From an uncultured Haloferula sp. (lineage in GTDB: Bacteria; Verrucomicrobiota; Verrucomicrobiia; Verrucomicrobiales; Akkermansiaceae), in contig CBFGTS010000003.1 in NCBI GenBank assembly GCA_965652295.1, positions 64,001 through 128,000 of the forward strand: a stretch of DNA of 64,000 bases, in the 5' to 3' direction. Numbering within the stretch: the stretch's first letter is position 1; each line of letters starts with the position of its first letter. The translations under genes were made by a program, and so were the position numbers. Below, in pieces: positions 30,633 to 40,269 of the stretch. The notes below the pieces were generated by a model, which was not told where the DNA came from, made no database searches, and was given only the letters and a program-made list of their open reading frames with translations.

Positions 30633-33263
30633 TCAGGGCGAGTCCTCGGCGGACGCCCTGAGGAACCCGAGCGGACCCCGCGGCGATTCGCCGCCCACAT
30701 CCCCATCGAGCCGGAAAGTCCGGTAACTCCAGCCTTCGTCCAAGGCAGGCAGCTCCGACGAAAGCGCGGGCATGACTTCCGAAACCGCTTGGTCGAAGGT
30801 CGCCAGATCGTTGGATCCTCCAACGCTGTAGGTGAGACCTTCCGCCACAAGCGTGGCAACGGCCGGGGCGGTTTCAGAAAAGACCGCTCCGTCCCTCACC
30901 GGGAAGGTCAACACGAACCCGGTTCCCGGGGCGATGTCCGCCAAACCCGAGCTGAATTTCCCCGAAGCCAGACCGTCCAGAGCGGAGGTCGGATCGGTGT
31001 TGAATGCAAATTCCTCCAAATTCGTGAGGCCGTCACCGTCCGGATCCGCGCCGCGCTCGGCATCGGCACCCATGAGGCTCGGATAGTTGCCGATCCATTC
31101 CACGAACGGGTCCACCACATCGGACACCACGATCAAGCCGACCCCGGTGATGAATGGAGTCTCGTGTTCGGCTCCGGAGCCGATCGGCCCATAGATGCCT
31201 GGATCCTGGGTCACGCCGCCGAGCACCAGACCACCCACGATGTCCTCCTCCGAGCTGGCGAAGAAATCCAGGTTCAGCACGGCGCCTGCGGCCACGGACA
31301 AAGTCGCGGTATCACTGAGCCCGGGCTCCCAAAGAGAGAGGGTTCCCGCCTCCACCGTGGTGTTTCCGCTGTAAGCCGGCACCATCGACACGAACATCGT
31401 CCCTGCCCCGGCTTTGGTGAGGCTTCCCGGGGCCATTCCGAACTCACCGGATTGGTCGATCAAGACCACGGCCACTTCCAAATCGGTTTCATCATCGCCA
31501 GTGACATCCTCGACGGTGAAGACGGTGTCGGGACCAAGGTGGCATCCGCTGCCTCCACTGTCCGCGATGGTGGACGGAGCCGTGCCGGTCACCAAAACGT
31601 CGCCGCGAAACTGGACGCTTTGATTGTCACCCAGATCCGGGGATGCGTTCGCCAGAGTGCCGCCGTTCAACGTGAGATCGCCGAGGATGTTGTAGGCTCC
31701 CACCTGCAGCGTGCCCTGGTTCACCAGAATCGTGGGAAGAAGCTCGGAGTCACCGGTTTGATTGCCGAACACCCGGTTGCTGCCGAAGAGGAGCGTCGCC
31801 CCACTCTCGACATGGATCGTCCGCCCGGCGTGCTGCGCATTGCCGAGGCTGGTAAATGTGGGCACGTCAAACCCCCTCATCTGCGCGGTGAACTGTCCTT
31901 CGGTGATGGTCACGTCGCCGGTGAAATCCCCCCCGCCCGTGCTCACCGCATTGCCGAGTCCGGATTTCACGAGCGAAATCGTGCCATCCACCGAACCGTC
32001 GCGGATGGCGCATCCGTAGGCGATGTCGTCGTCGCTATCGAGCGTCAGCGTGCTGGGTACCGACGAAGTATTGGTGATCAGGCCCCCGGCGAGGCCGGCG
32101 AGATTCCCGAGGGTCGGGCTGTAGCCGTTGAGATCGACCGAACCGCCGGTGAAGTCCAACGACGACCCGGCCGGACCGAGTCCGAGTTCATTCTCGAGGA
32201 TGATCGCCCCCAGCTCCACGAGTGTGCCACCGGAATAGGTGTTGGCATTGGTCAGGAACAAGGTGCCCGGACCGGTCTTCTTCAGCTGACCGGTGCCAGA
32301 AATCACCGAGTCCACCGTAAGCGGACTGCTGGACTTCACATTCCACGTCTGGTCGGCTCCGAGGATCACCTCGCCCGTGGTATCGATGTACATTCCGAAC
32401 GAGTTCTCCTCGAGCCAGATGCCATCGGCCCCGAGAGTCAGGTCGTGAGTGCCGCTGATCCCGATCGGACCGAAGTCGTCCTTCACCAGCAGACCGCGGA
32501 CGTTCTGCGCTGCGCCCAGCACGGTATCGAAATTGAAAAAATCGTTGGCAGTGGTCGCGGCGAAGGCCACCACCGAGCTACCGTCGGTCGGCAGCGCAAC
32601 GCCGCCGCCCGCGCCTGCCTCGTCCGCCGTCCAATTGGCCGACGTCCACATGGCATCCGCCTCGCCGGTCCAAAATAAATCCGGTTCCGGCGGCGGAACG
32701 ACGACCACCGTGTTCCGCAAGTTATCGATATGGATCGTCACAAAATCCGTCGATGCGCCGCCGTTGGGATAGGCCGTACGCACCAGCAGCTGACCCCATT
32801 CGTTGCCGGTGGCCCAGTTATAAGCCTGAGCCACGGTCAGCGGGATCGTCACGGTATGCGGATTCCCGTCCGCCGGAACCGCCTGTCCCGGGAGTTCCGT
32901 CCAGGCGAGTTTGTCCCCCTGCGCGACAAACGTGAACCATAGGTCGCCGACCCCGGGGAAACCGGGATCTGGATAAGTGACGTCAATTTTAAGTTCGGTG
33001 GCGTCCTTGAAGATCGCCTGCCGTTGCTCCGCCGAAAGACCGAGAGCCACGGGCGCGTTCCACCACATACCGCTGTTAACCATCGAGACCGCGAGCGACT
33101 GGGTTCCATCGGTAACACCGGTGGTTGAAACAGCCGCCGTGTTGGGAGCGTTGGCAGTCCACCCCTCGGTGTCGGTTTCCCAGGAATAGAGGAGCTCGGC
33201 CGAGGCGCTGATCGGAACAAGAGGCAGGGCGAAGAAAGTGAGTGTGTGGATTTTTGACTTCAT
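30633..33263 (-). CDS. Secreted protein with an N-terminal CBM-like domain, passenger-associated (PATR) beta repeats, DxDxDG motif and C-terminal beta domain
   Basis: Signal peptide, then LKKTGPGTLFLTNANTYSGGT, LVKSGLG...FTGDVTI and LTKAGAGTM...YSGNTTVEAGTL. Ends ADPDGDGLTNLEEFAF...GFLRAS. Confidence 0.85.
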   Translation of the reverse strand: MKSKIHTLTFFALPLVPISASAELLYSWETDTEGWTANAPNTAAVSTTGVTDGTQSLAVSMVNSGMWWNAPVALGLSAEQRQAIFKDATELKIDVTYPDPGFPGVGDLWFTFVAQGDKLAWTELPGQAVPADGNPHTVTIPLTVAQAYNWATGNEWGQLLVRTAYPNGGASTDFVTIHIDNLRNTVVVVPPPEPDLFWTGEADAMWTSANWTADEAGAGGGVALPTDGSSVVAFAATTANDFFNFDTVLGAAQNVRGLLVKDDFGPIGISGTHDLTLGADGIWLEENSFGMYIDTTGEVILGADQTWNVKSSSPLTVDSVISGTGQLKKTGPGTLFLTNANTYSGGTLVELGAIILENELGLGPAGSSLDFTGGSVDLNGYSPTLGNLAGLAGGLITNTSSVPSTLTLDSDDDIAYGCAIRDGSVDGTISLVKSGLGNAVSTGGGDFTGDVTITEGQFTAQMRGFDVPTFTSLGNAQHAGRTIHVESGATLLFGSNRVFGNQTGDSELLPTILVNQGTLQVGAYNILGDLTLNGGTLANASPDLGDNQSVQFRGDVLVTGTAPSTIADSGGSGCHLGPDTVFTVEDVTGDDETDLEVAVVLIDQSGEFGMAPGSLTKAGAGTMFVSMVPAYSGNTTVEAGTLSLWEPGLSDTATLSVAAGAVLNLDFFASSEEDIVGGLVLGGVTQDPGIYGPIGSGAEHETPFITGVGLIVVSDVVDPFVEWIGNYPSLMGADAERGADPDGDGLTNLEEFAFNTDPTSALDGLASGKFSSGLADIAPGTGFVLTFPVRDGAVFSETAPAVATLVAEGLTYSVGGSNDLATFDQAVSEVMPALSSELPALDEGWSYRTFRLDGDVGGESPRGPLGFLRASAEDSP

Positions 33264-33318
33264 GGATGTGAGCTGGGTTTCGGGGAACCTCGCGCGGAAA
33301 ACGCGGCCGGGGGGACCT

Positions 33319-33987
33319 TCAGCGGCGCTTCCGAATCAGGAGACCAAGAACGCCGAGGCCTCCCAAGGCCGCCACGCCCGGCTCGGGCACTCCGGTGAGC
33401 TGGATGTTGTCCACGTACACCTGCTGCGGCGTGTAGGCGGTGCCGGACGTATTCGCGCCATCCCACATCCATTCATACCCCGGATTGATATTCAGGGTGA
33501 TGTCAGGACCGGCAGTCGCCGCGGGAAACGTGCCGGCAGCGCTGTAGTCGAACGTGAAGTGAACGATCTGGTCCTTGGACGCCGAAACGTTGGTGGTGGC
33601 CCATCCGGAGGAGTAGGCAGCGCCCCCGTTAAGCTGGAACTCAACCCGGATGTTGACGTTGCTCCCAAGCCAGCCCGAGGACGGAAGAATCAGGTCGAAC
33701 TCGACCTTCGAGTGGCTGTTCAGGTTGGCAACCGTGAGGTTTCCGGTGGCCCAGGAAGGGATCGTCATCTCGCCCCAATACTGGGACACTGTCGCATCAC
33801 CCCAGCCCCCGGTACCCGGCGACGGTGCCGTGGCGGTGGCCAGGCTTACCACGCCCCAGTTTTGCACGGGGGAGGTGCCGCTTTCGAAGTCAGCAAGTGT
33901 CACCGCGCCTTGGGAGACGCCGCCGCTAAGGTGAACCGCGGCCACGATGAGGGCCACGCCGACAAGGGATGATGGATGGGATTTCAT
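33319..33987 (-). CDS. PEP-CTERM protein with a Trp-rich CBM-like domain
   Basis: Signal peptide, TLADFESG...VYVDNIQL domain, and C-terminus VPEPGVAALGGLGVLGLLIRKRR. Confidence 0.9.
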   Translation of the reverse strand: MKSHPSSLVGVALIVAAVHLSGGVSQGAVTLADFESGTSPVQNWGVVSLATATAPSPGTGGWGDATVSQYWGEMTIPSWATGNLTVANLNSHSKVEFDLILPSSGWLGSNVNIRVEFQLNGGAAYSSGWATTNVSASKDQIVHFTFDYSAAGTFPAATAGPDITLNINPGYEWMWDGANTSGTAYTPQQVYVDNIQLTGVPEPGVAALGGLGVLGLLIRKRR

Positions 33988-34111
33988 TGGGATCTGGGGT
34001 GACCCCACACCAAAAGTCGCACGCTTGATGTGGACAGCTGGCGGGAGGATGAGATGTATTCAAACACGGCGTATGTTGGATGATCCACCATTCTGTGTAG
34101 TGGTTTTCGCA

Positions 34112-34127
34112 TCCCCCAAAATGGTGA
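34112..34127. promoter_or_regulatory. Operator-like palindrome 1
   Basis: TCCCC-CAAAAT-GGTGA. Confidence 0.6.
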
Positions 34128-34403
34128 GACCGGAAGGCCCGCGAACCGCCTGCCATGCCGTGCACGGAATCGAATTGCTTGCTCTCGCTGTCAATTCTGC
34201 GCCGACGCCACCATCGACGCATCGGACCGGGGAAACGGATCCTCCAAGTCGCCACCTTGGTCGCCTGACACCTTTCCTGCGGCCCCCTCTCCGCCGTTCC
34301 GAAGACGTTCCGTTAACAGCGTGCTGTCGGGGCGTTTCACCTCGACGGCACCGAGCACGCGACAGAGGAGAACAAGTCGATGCAGCCTCTGTGGAAAATG
34401 TCT

Positions 34404-34419
34404 TCCCCCGATTTAGGGG
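34404..34419. promoter_or_regulatory. Operator-like palindrome 2
   Basis: TCCCC-CGATTT-AGGGG. Confidence 0.6.
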
Positions 34420-34555
34420 GCGATCGGCGTTGTGTCCGGCCGCCCGGTAGAAAAGCGCCTCCGTCCATGTTGCCCTCGGAGTCTGCCACCACAACCATCG
34501 CCAAGCATGAGTGGGGCCTTGGCCATGCCTTGCGGGCCATCAAATCGCTCCCGGC

Positions 34556-34571
34556 TCCCCCGATTCAGGGA
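34556..34571. promoter_or_regulatory. Operator-like palindrome 3
   Basis: TCCCC-CGATTC-AGGGA. Confidence 0.7.
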
Positions 34572-34667
34572 GACGTCTCCGCTTCACCGGAAACCTCCTC
34601 CCTGCTATCCGAGGTCGTCCGCGGCAACGCGCGGTCGTCATCGGCACATACCATCATCCCCATCCTC

Positions 34668-37340
34668 ATGGCCCGTTTGTTTCATCCCAGCCCCCTTCTG
34701 CCTCCCCTCCGCGCCGCCACCTTGCTCGGCTGGCTCCTTTCCCTCGGCTCCCTCGCCGCCGCTCCGCAGACGCTCCGCCACTACCTCTCCGGTAGCGACG
34801 CGGAGAACACGGTGCCGTGGGAGTTCCACTGCTCCGGCGGACGCAACAGCGGGAAGTGGACGACGATTGGCGTGCCGTCGTGCTGGGAACTCCAGGGCTT
34901 CGGCTCCTTCCGCTACGGTTTCAGCGACCAATATCACGAGCCGATCCGCGGCGATTACCGCCACCGTTTCCACGTGCCCGCCAAATGGAACGAGCTGCGG
35001 GTTTTCATCGTGTTCGATGGCGTGATGACCGACGCCACGGTGAAGATCAACGGCACCCAGGCAGGCCCGGCCCACCAGGGCGCCTTCTATCGTTTCAAAT
35101 ACGACATCACGAAACTGCTCCGCTTCGGCGGAGAGAACCTGCTGGAGGTTTCCGTGCTCGACCAATCGACGGACGCCTCCGTCAACCAGGCGGAGCGCGA
35201 GGCGGACTACTGGATCTTCGGCGGGATCTTCCGCCCGGTCTGGCTTCAGGCCGAGCCCGCACAGTTCATTGATCGGGTGGCCATCGACGCGAAAGCCGAC
35301 GGGTCCTTCACGCTCGACTATTTTCTCGGCGGCAAGGGCGATGCCGACACGGTCCGCATGGCTCTGCTGGATGCGAAAGGAAAACCCGTAGGCGAAATCG
35401 CGAGCACCCCCGTAGCGACTGGCCGGATTTCCACGAAAGTTTCCCAACCGTCGCTGTGGAGCGCCGAAACGCCGGTGCTGCACACCGCCGTGGTCCGGCT
35501 CGAAAAGAGCGGGACGGTTCTCCACGAGATTCAGCAACGCTTCGGTTTCCGCACCGTCGAGGTGCGCGCTGACGATGGTGTTTATGTCAACGGCCGCCGC
35601 GTGATGATGCGCGGCGTCTGCCACCACGTCGCGTGGCCGACGCTCGGCCGGGCGTCGTCGCCACGCATCGCCGCGCTGGATCTGGATCTGATCCAGGAAA
35701 TGAACATGAACGCCGTGCGGATGAGCCACTATCCGCCCGACAAGGAGTTCCTGGAGATGTGCGACGAACGCGGGCTCTACGTCATCAACGAACTCGCTGG
35801 CTGGCAGGCGAAATACGACACCGGAGTCGGCGGCAAGCTGGTCCATGAAATGATCGCCCGCGACGTCAACCACCCGAGCATTCTCTTCTGGGCGAACGGC
35901 AACGAGGGCGGCTTCAATTTCGAACTCGACGATCTTTACTCCAAGCTCGATCCGCAACAGCGGCCGGTCCTCCACCCGTGGTCGCACTTCCGCGAGTTCG
36001 AGACGAAACATTACCCTGACTACAAGAAGCTGACCGAAATGCTCGCCAGCGACGCCATCGTCATGCCCACCGAGTTCCTCCACGGGCTCTACGATGGTGG
36101 CCACGGCGCAGGTTTGGAGGACTACTGGAACGCGATGCGCGGCACGAAGAATGCCGCCGGCGGCTTCCTCTGGGTCTTCGCCGACGAGGGCGTCCAGCGA
36201 GCTGACATGGACGGCGCGATCGATGTCGCCGGAAACAGCGCGCCGGACGGCATCGTCGGACCTTTCCGGGAAAAGGAAGGAAGCTTCCACACCATCCGGC
36301 AGCTCTGGTCGCCGGTGCAACTGCCCGATGACCTGCCCGCGGACTTCGACGGCACGCTGCCGGTCGGGAATCGCTACGACTTCACCCCGCTGTCCCACTG
36401 CAGCTTCCGCTGGCAGCTCCGCCGTTTTCCCGCACCGCCGACCGCTGGGGACGGCACCCCCGAGATCGCCGTCCTCGATGAACGCACACAACCCGGCCCG
36501 GATATCGCTCCGGGAGAAACCGGCGCGCTCCACCTGGCTCTGCCCACGGGGTGGCGGGAGAGGAACGCCGACGCGCTCGCCATCACCCCGGTCGATAAAA
36601 ACGGCCGCGAACTGTGGACCTGGATCTATCCGCTGACATCCGCGTGGACGCCTCCCGGGGAAGCCCTCAAGCCGCCGTCCACGGGTCATGAAGGACACTT
36701 GAAAAGCGGCGATGCTGAACTGCGGGTCGATCCCGAGACCGGAAGTCTGTCGGAAGTCGAAATCGCCGGCCGCGCCTTCTCCCTTCGCGGCGGCCCGATT
36801 CCAGGAGCAAAATGGCAGGCGCTCGATTCCGGTTGGTTCCAGCTCGACTACACCGCGGACCCCGCCACGCCCGGCGTCGTCGGCGTCGCCTTCGATTACC
36901 CCGAGGACAAGATGCTCTCCAAAACCTGGCTCTGCGACGGCCCCTGCCGGGTCTGGCGCAACCGACGGAAAGGCGTTTCACCCGGCGTCTGGCGCACCGA
37001 TGTCAACCGCTCCGAGCCATGGGCCTACCCGGAGTTCGACGGTTATTTCTCCGGCGTCCGCTGGCTGCGTCTGACCACCACCGAGGGTGCGGTCACGTTG
37101 GTCATTCCTGACGACGAAAAGTTCGTCCGCGTCGGCACGCCCCACTCTCCCGGGTGGAAACTGATGTCGAAGATGGCGACAACCTACCCACCCGGGAATC
37201 TCGCCGTGCTGGGAGACATTCCGGCCATCGGCACCAAGTTCCAGACTGCGGGCCAGACCGGGCCCCAAGCCACCACTCCCTTGGTCACCACTCCCTATCA
37301 AGGAACCCTCTATCTCCGGTTTGATTCGCTCGATCAATGA
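34668..37340 (+). CDS. GH2 beta-galactosidase (LacZ-like architecture)
   Basis: VPSCWELQGFG, DYWIFGGIFRPV, RGVCHH, NAVRMSHYPP, WANGNE, PTEFLHGLYDGG and GGFLW. Confidence 0.9.
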   Translation: MARLFHPSPLLPPLRAATLLGWLLSLGSLAAAPQTLRHYLSGSDAENTVPWEFHCSGGRNSGKWTTIGVPSCWELQGFGSFRYGFSDQYHEPIRGDYRHRFHVPAKWNELRVFIVFDGVMTDATVKINGTQAGPAHQGAFYRFKYDITKLLRFGGENLLEVSVLDQSTDASVNQAEREADYWIFGGIFRPVWLQAEPAQFIDRVAIDAKADGSFTLDYFLGGKGDADTVRMALLDAKGKPVGEIASTPVATGRISTKVSQPSLWSAETPVLHTAVVRLEKSGTVLHEIQQRFGFRTVEVRADDGVYVNGRRVMMRGVCHHVAWPTLGRASSPRIAALDLDLIQEMNMNAVRMSHYPPDKEFLEMCDERGLYVINELAGWQAKYDTGVGGKLVHEMIARDVNHPSILFWANGNEGGFNFELDDLYSKLDPQQRPVLHPWSHFREFETKHYPDYKKLTEMLASDAIVMPTEFLHGLYDGGHGAGLEDYWNAMRGTKNAAGGFLWVFADEGVQRADMDGAIDVAGNSAPDGIVGPFREKEGSFHTIRQLWSPVQLPDDLPADFDGTLPVGNRYDFTPLSHCSFRWQLRRFPAPPTAGDGTPEIAVLDERTQPGPDIAPGETGALHLALPTGWRERNADALAITPVDKNGRELWTWIYPLTSAWTPPGEALKPPSTGHEGHLKSGDAELRVDPETGSLSEVEIAGRAFSLRGGPIPGAKWQALDSGWFQLDYTADPATPGVVGVAFDYPEDKMLSKTWLCDGPCRVWRNRRKGVSPGVWRTDVNRSEPWAYPEFDGYFSGVRWLRLTTTEGAVTLVIPDDEKFVRVGTPHSPGWKLMSKMATTYPPGNLAVLGDIPAIGTKFQTAGQTGPQATTPLVTTPYQGTLYLRFDSLDQ

Positions 37341-37358
37341 TCGTTCCCCGGGAGAGCA

Positions 37359-37374
37359 TCCCTGCAATGGGGGG
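37359..37374. promoter_or_regulatory. Operator-like palindrome 4
   Basis: TCCCT-GCAATG-GGGGG (reverse complement CCCCC-CATTGC-AGGGA). Confidence 0.7.
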
Positions 37375-37468
37375 TGTCAAAACCACCACTTGGAGCGATG
37401 GACACGGGCTTCACGTCGCCTGCATTCTTCCTGATGCCCCGGCGACCGAAAGATAGATCCAGGAACTC

Positions 37469-38266
37469 ATGACGCATCGGCACCAGCTCCGCACCTTCAC
37501 CGTCTGCCTCACGGCGGTTGCCTCCCTGTTCGCCGCCTCCGTGGTCATGGCGGAGGGAACCTCCGAGGACTTCGCGAGGATCCACTTTTCAAAATACTTC
37601 CTCAACAACAACGTCTGGGGCCGGAGCGATTCACCTTCCGGCTGGAACGCCATCTGGAACAGCAACGATTCTTCGCCCGCGGGATGGGGCACCGCCTACG
37701 ACTGGCCGGTCGGCTCCAGTCCCCATTCCGTCAAAGCCTACCCGGGCATCGTCTCCGGCTGGCACTGGGGTACATGGTCCGAAAACTCCGGCCTGCCCGT
37801 TCGCATCTGGGACAACAACAAGGTCCACACCACTGCGGAGATCTCGATCTCCAATGCCGGCGTGCAGAACGCTGCCTACGACTGCTGGTTTCACACCATC
37901 TCCAACCCGACCTGGCAAGACAACCCGACGGACGAGCTGATGATCTGGACCGCCTCCTACGGTGACGCCGGACCTCTGGGGACTCATCAGGACACCGTCT
38001 GGATCGGCGGAGCAGAGTGGAAGCTCTACAAGGGAGCCATCGGTACGCCAGGCGAAGGAGGATGGAACGTCTTCTCGTTCGTCCGGACCTCCAACACCAC
38101 CTCCTGGACTCTCGACATCCGCGACTTCATCCACCACATCGTGTATGCGAAGGCCTGGATGACCAACTCCAAATATCTCACCAGCGTACAGTTCGGAACA
38201 GAGATCTTCAGCACCACTGGGTTTGGGCAGCTGAACGTCTCGAACTACCGGGTGGACATCAACTGA
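37469..38266 (+). CDS. GH12 endoglucanase/xyloglucanase
   Basis: LNNNVWG, VKAYP, NAAYDCWF, DELMIW (nucleophile region), WNVFSFV and YLTSVQFGTEIF (acid/base region). Signal peptide present. Confidence 0.92.
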   Translation: MTHRHQLRTFTVCLTAVASLFAASVVMAEGTSEDFARIHFSKYFLNNNVWGRSDSPSGWNAIWNSNDSSPAGWGTAYDWPVGSSPHSVKAYPGIVSGWHWGTWSENSGLPVRIWDNNKVHTTAEISISNAGVQNAAYDCWFHTISNPTWQDNPTDELMIWTASYGDAGPLGTHQDTVWIGGAEWKLYKGAIGTPGEGGWNVFSFVRTSNTTSWTLDIRDFIHHIVYAKAWMTNSKYLTSVQFGTEIFSTTGFGQLNVSNYRVDIN

Positions 38267-38286
38267 CCCGCCATCGGTGCAGAAAC

Positions 38287-38318
38287 AGGGAGCGGCGGTA
38301 TGGGTTCCGCCGCTCCCT
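38287..38318 (+). terminator. Strong stem-loop after GH12
   Basis: AGGGAGCGGCGG-TATGGGTT-CCGCCGCTCCCT, with no clear U tract. Confidence 0.5.
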
Positions 38319-38514
38319 CATGTACGTTTACGGGTCCGAATCGACCACGTGAGGGACGGATCGATGGAGCAACAAAAGGACGATCCGTCATATTTGTTTT
38401 ATACCACCAAGATAAAATAGATATCAAGAAGACCGGATTTGCCTCCTTTACGTCTTCGCGGCGAACCATCCAATCCAACCGACGTTGCACGGTGCGGCGC
38501 GAATCCGTTTGCCG

Positions 38515-38530
38515 TCACCCGATCAGGGGA
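38515..38530. promoter_or_regulatory. Operator-like palindrome 5
   Basis: TCACC-CGATCA-GGGGA. Confidence 0.7.
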
Positions 38531-38644
38531 ATCAAGAACCCCTCCTCAAGGCGATGGACCAGCGATTGAATTTCAACTTCGATGAGCAATCCTCATTCTG
38601 GCGGCTTCTCACCCACCATTTTGAGCGAAAACCAAAAACACCCA

Positions 38645-40201
38645 ATGAACCATCGACTCCTATCCATCATTTCATCGATCGCATCAGCATGGATGCTTTC
38701 GACCTCCGCCTCCGCTCAGCTTCCCAGTCCGTGTTACGGCTGGAACCTCGGGAACACCCTTGAGCCGCCGAACGGAGAAGGAACCTGGGGGCCCGCCGCC
38801 ACCCAGAATCTAATCAACTCCGTCGCCGACACCGGCTTCAACACGATCCGCATTCCGTGCGCCTGGGACAGCAACGCCAACCAGTCCACGCGGGTGATCA
38901 ACCCGACCTACATGGCGCGGGTCAAACAGGTTGTCGACTGGAGTCTCGCTAGGAACATGCATGTCGTCATCAACTGCCACTGGGACAACGGGTGGCTGGA
39001 GAACAACATCACCGACACGGTGGACTCCACCATCAACGCGAAGATGCAGTCCTACTGGACGCAGATTGCGAACACCTTCGCCAGCTACGACCAGCGCTTG
39101 CTCTTCGCCGGCGCGAATGAACCCGATTGCGACACCGCTGCCGAGTGGGCGACCTTGCGGAGCTACTACAACACCTTCATCAGCGCCGTCCGCGCCACCG
39201 GGGGCAACAACGCTTCCCGTTGGCTCGTGGTCCAAGGACCCAAGACCAACATCGATCTCTCCGACCAGCTGGTCTCGTCCCTGCCAAACGATCCCACCCC
39301 CGGCCGCCTGGCATTCGAGGTCCACTTCTACGATCCCTACCAGTGGACGATCATGCCCCAGGACGAAAGCTGGGGAAAAACATTCTACTTCTGGGGGCAG
39401 GGCTACCATCATGCCACCCGGACCGACCGCAACGCCACCTGGGGGGAGGAAAGCTACGTCGATTCCCAGTTCCAGAAGATGGTCGACAAGTTCTCCAACA
39501 ACGGCGTCCCCGTCATCATCGGCGAGTTCACCGCCATGAAGCGCACCGGCCTTTCGGACCTCACCGGGACCGACTTCGACCTTCACGTCGCCGCGCGCAC
39601 CTATTTCCACAAATACGTCGTCGATGCCGCCAACAGCAGGGGCATCAAGCCGATCTACTGGGACGTCGCCGGTCTCATGTTCAACTGGAGCACCGGAGCA
39701 GTCACGGACAGGGACAACAAGAACGCCTTGACCGGAGGAGCCGCCCTTCCGGCTCCCGGAAGCGGCCCGATCGCCAACGGCACCTATCAGCTCGTGGCCC
39801 GGCACAGCGGCAAAGCCCTCGAAACCGTCAACTTCGGAACCACCAATGGAACCCAGGTTCAGCAATGGGGCTACTGGGGTGGCTCCAACCAGAGATGGCA
39901 GGTCACGAAGAACAGCGACAACACCTACCGCATCATCGGCGTCCACAGCGGCAAGAGCCTCGACATCAGTGGCTGGAGCAGCTCGAACGGTGCCAAGGTC
40001 CAGCTGTGGGATTACTTCGGTGGCTCCAATCAGAAGTTCATCCTTACCGCCACGGGCAACGGATATTATCGCATTTCCCCCCAACACGCGCCGAACTCGT
40101 GCCTCGACGTCAGCTCCTACTCGTCGGCCGACGGTGCCATCGTCCACCTCTGGCAATGGTTCGGCTCAGCCAACCAGCAGTGGAGCTTCCAGGCCCCGTA
40201 A
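38645..40201 (+). CDS. GH5 endoglucanase (subfamily 4-like) with a C-terminal ricin-B/CBM13 domain
   Basis: GWNLGNTLE, IRIPCAW, INCHWD, ANEP, VHFYDP and IIGEF. QxW repeats NQRW, NQKF and NQQW. Confidence 0.92.
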   Translation: MNHRLLSIISSIASAWMLSTSASAQLPSPCYGWNLGNTLEPPNGEGTWGPAATQNLINSVADTGFNTIRIPCAWDSNANQSTRVINPTYMARVKQVVDWSLARNMHVVINCHWDNGWLENNITDTVDSTINAKMQSYWTQIANTFASYDQRLLFAGANEPDCDTAAEWATLRSYYNTFISAVRATGGNNASRWLVVQGPKTNIDLSDQLVSSLPNDPTPGRLAFEVHFYDPYQWTIMPQDESWGKTFYFWGQGYHHATRTDRNATWGEESYVDSQFQKMVDKFSNNGVPVIIGEFTAMKRTGLSDLTGTDFDLHVAARTYFHKYVVDAANSRGIKPIYWDVAGLMFNWSTGAVTDRDNKNALTGGAALPAPGSGPIANGTYQLVARHSGKALETVNFGTTNGTQVQQWGYWGGSNQRWQVTKNSDNTYRIIGVHSGKSLDISGWSSSNGAKVQLWDYFGGSNQKFILTATGNGYYRISPQHAPNSCLDVSSYSSADGAIVHLWQWFGSANQQWSFQAP

Positions 40202-40229
40202 CCCACCGTTGCGAAAAACGAAAACCCAA

Positions 40230-40252
40230 GGCGGCGGAAACTCTCCGCCGCC
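40230..40252 (+). terminator. Stem-loop after GH5
   Basis: GGCGGCGGA-AACTC-TCCGCCGCC, with a weak U tract. Confidence 0.45.
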
Positions 40253-40269
40253 GCATCTTATCCGGCCCG

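Noticed and set aside
30633..33263. Classical autotransporter
   Set aside because: Passenger-type repeats are present, but there is no C-terminal beta-barrel or terminal aromatic residue.
33947..34543. Short ORFs in the divergent intergenic region
   Set aside because: They have no protein-like composition, and the region holds operator sites and a TTGACA hexamer on the minus strand near 34189-34194.
39127..40269. 5' part of the 679-aa ORF, which could suggest a frameshift fusion with GH5
   Set aside because: GH5-CBM13 ends normally at 40201 and is followed by a hairpin. The downstream protein has its own start and anchor at 40270.
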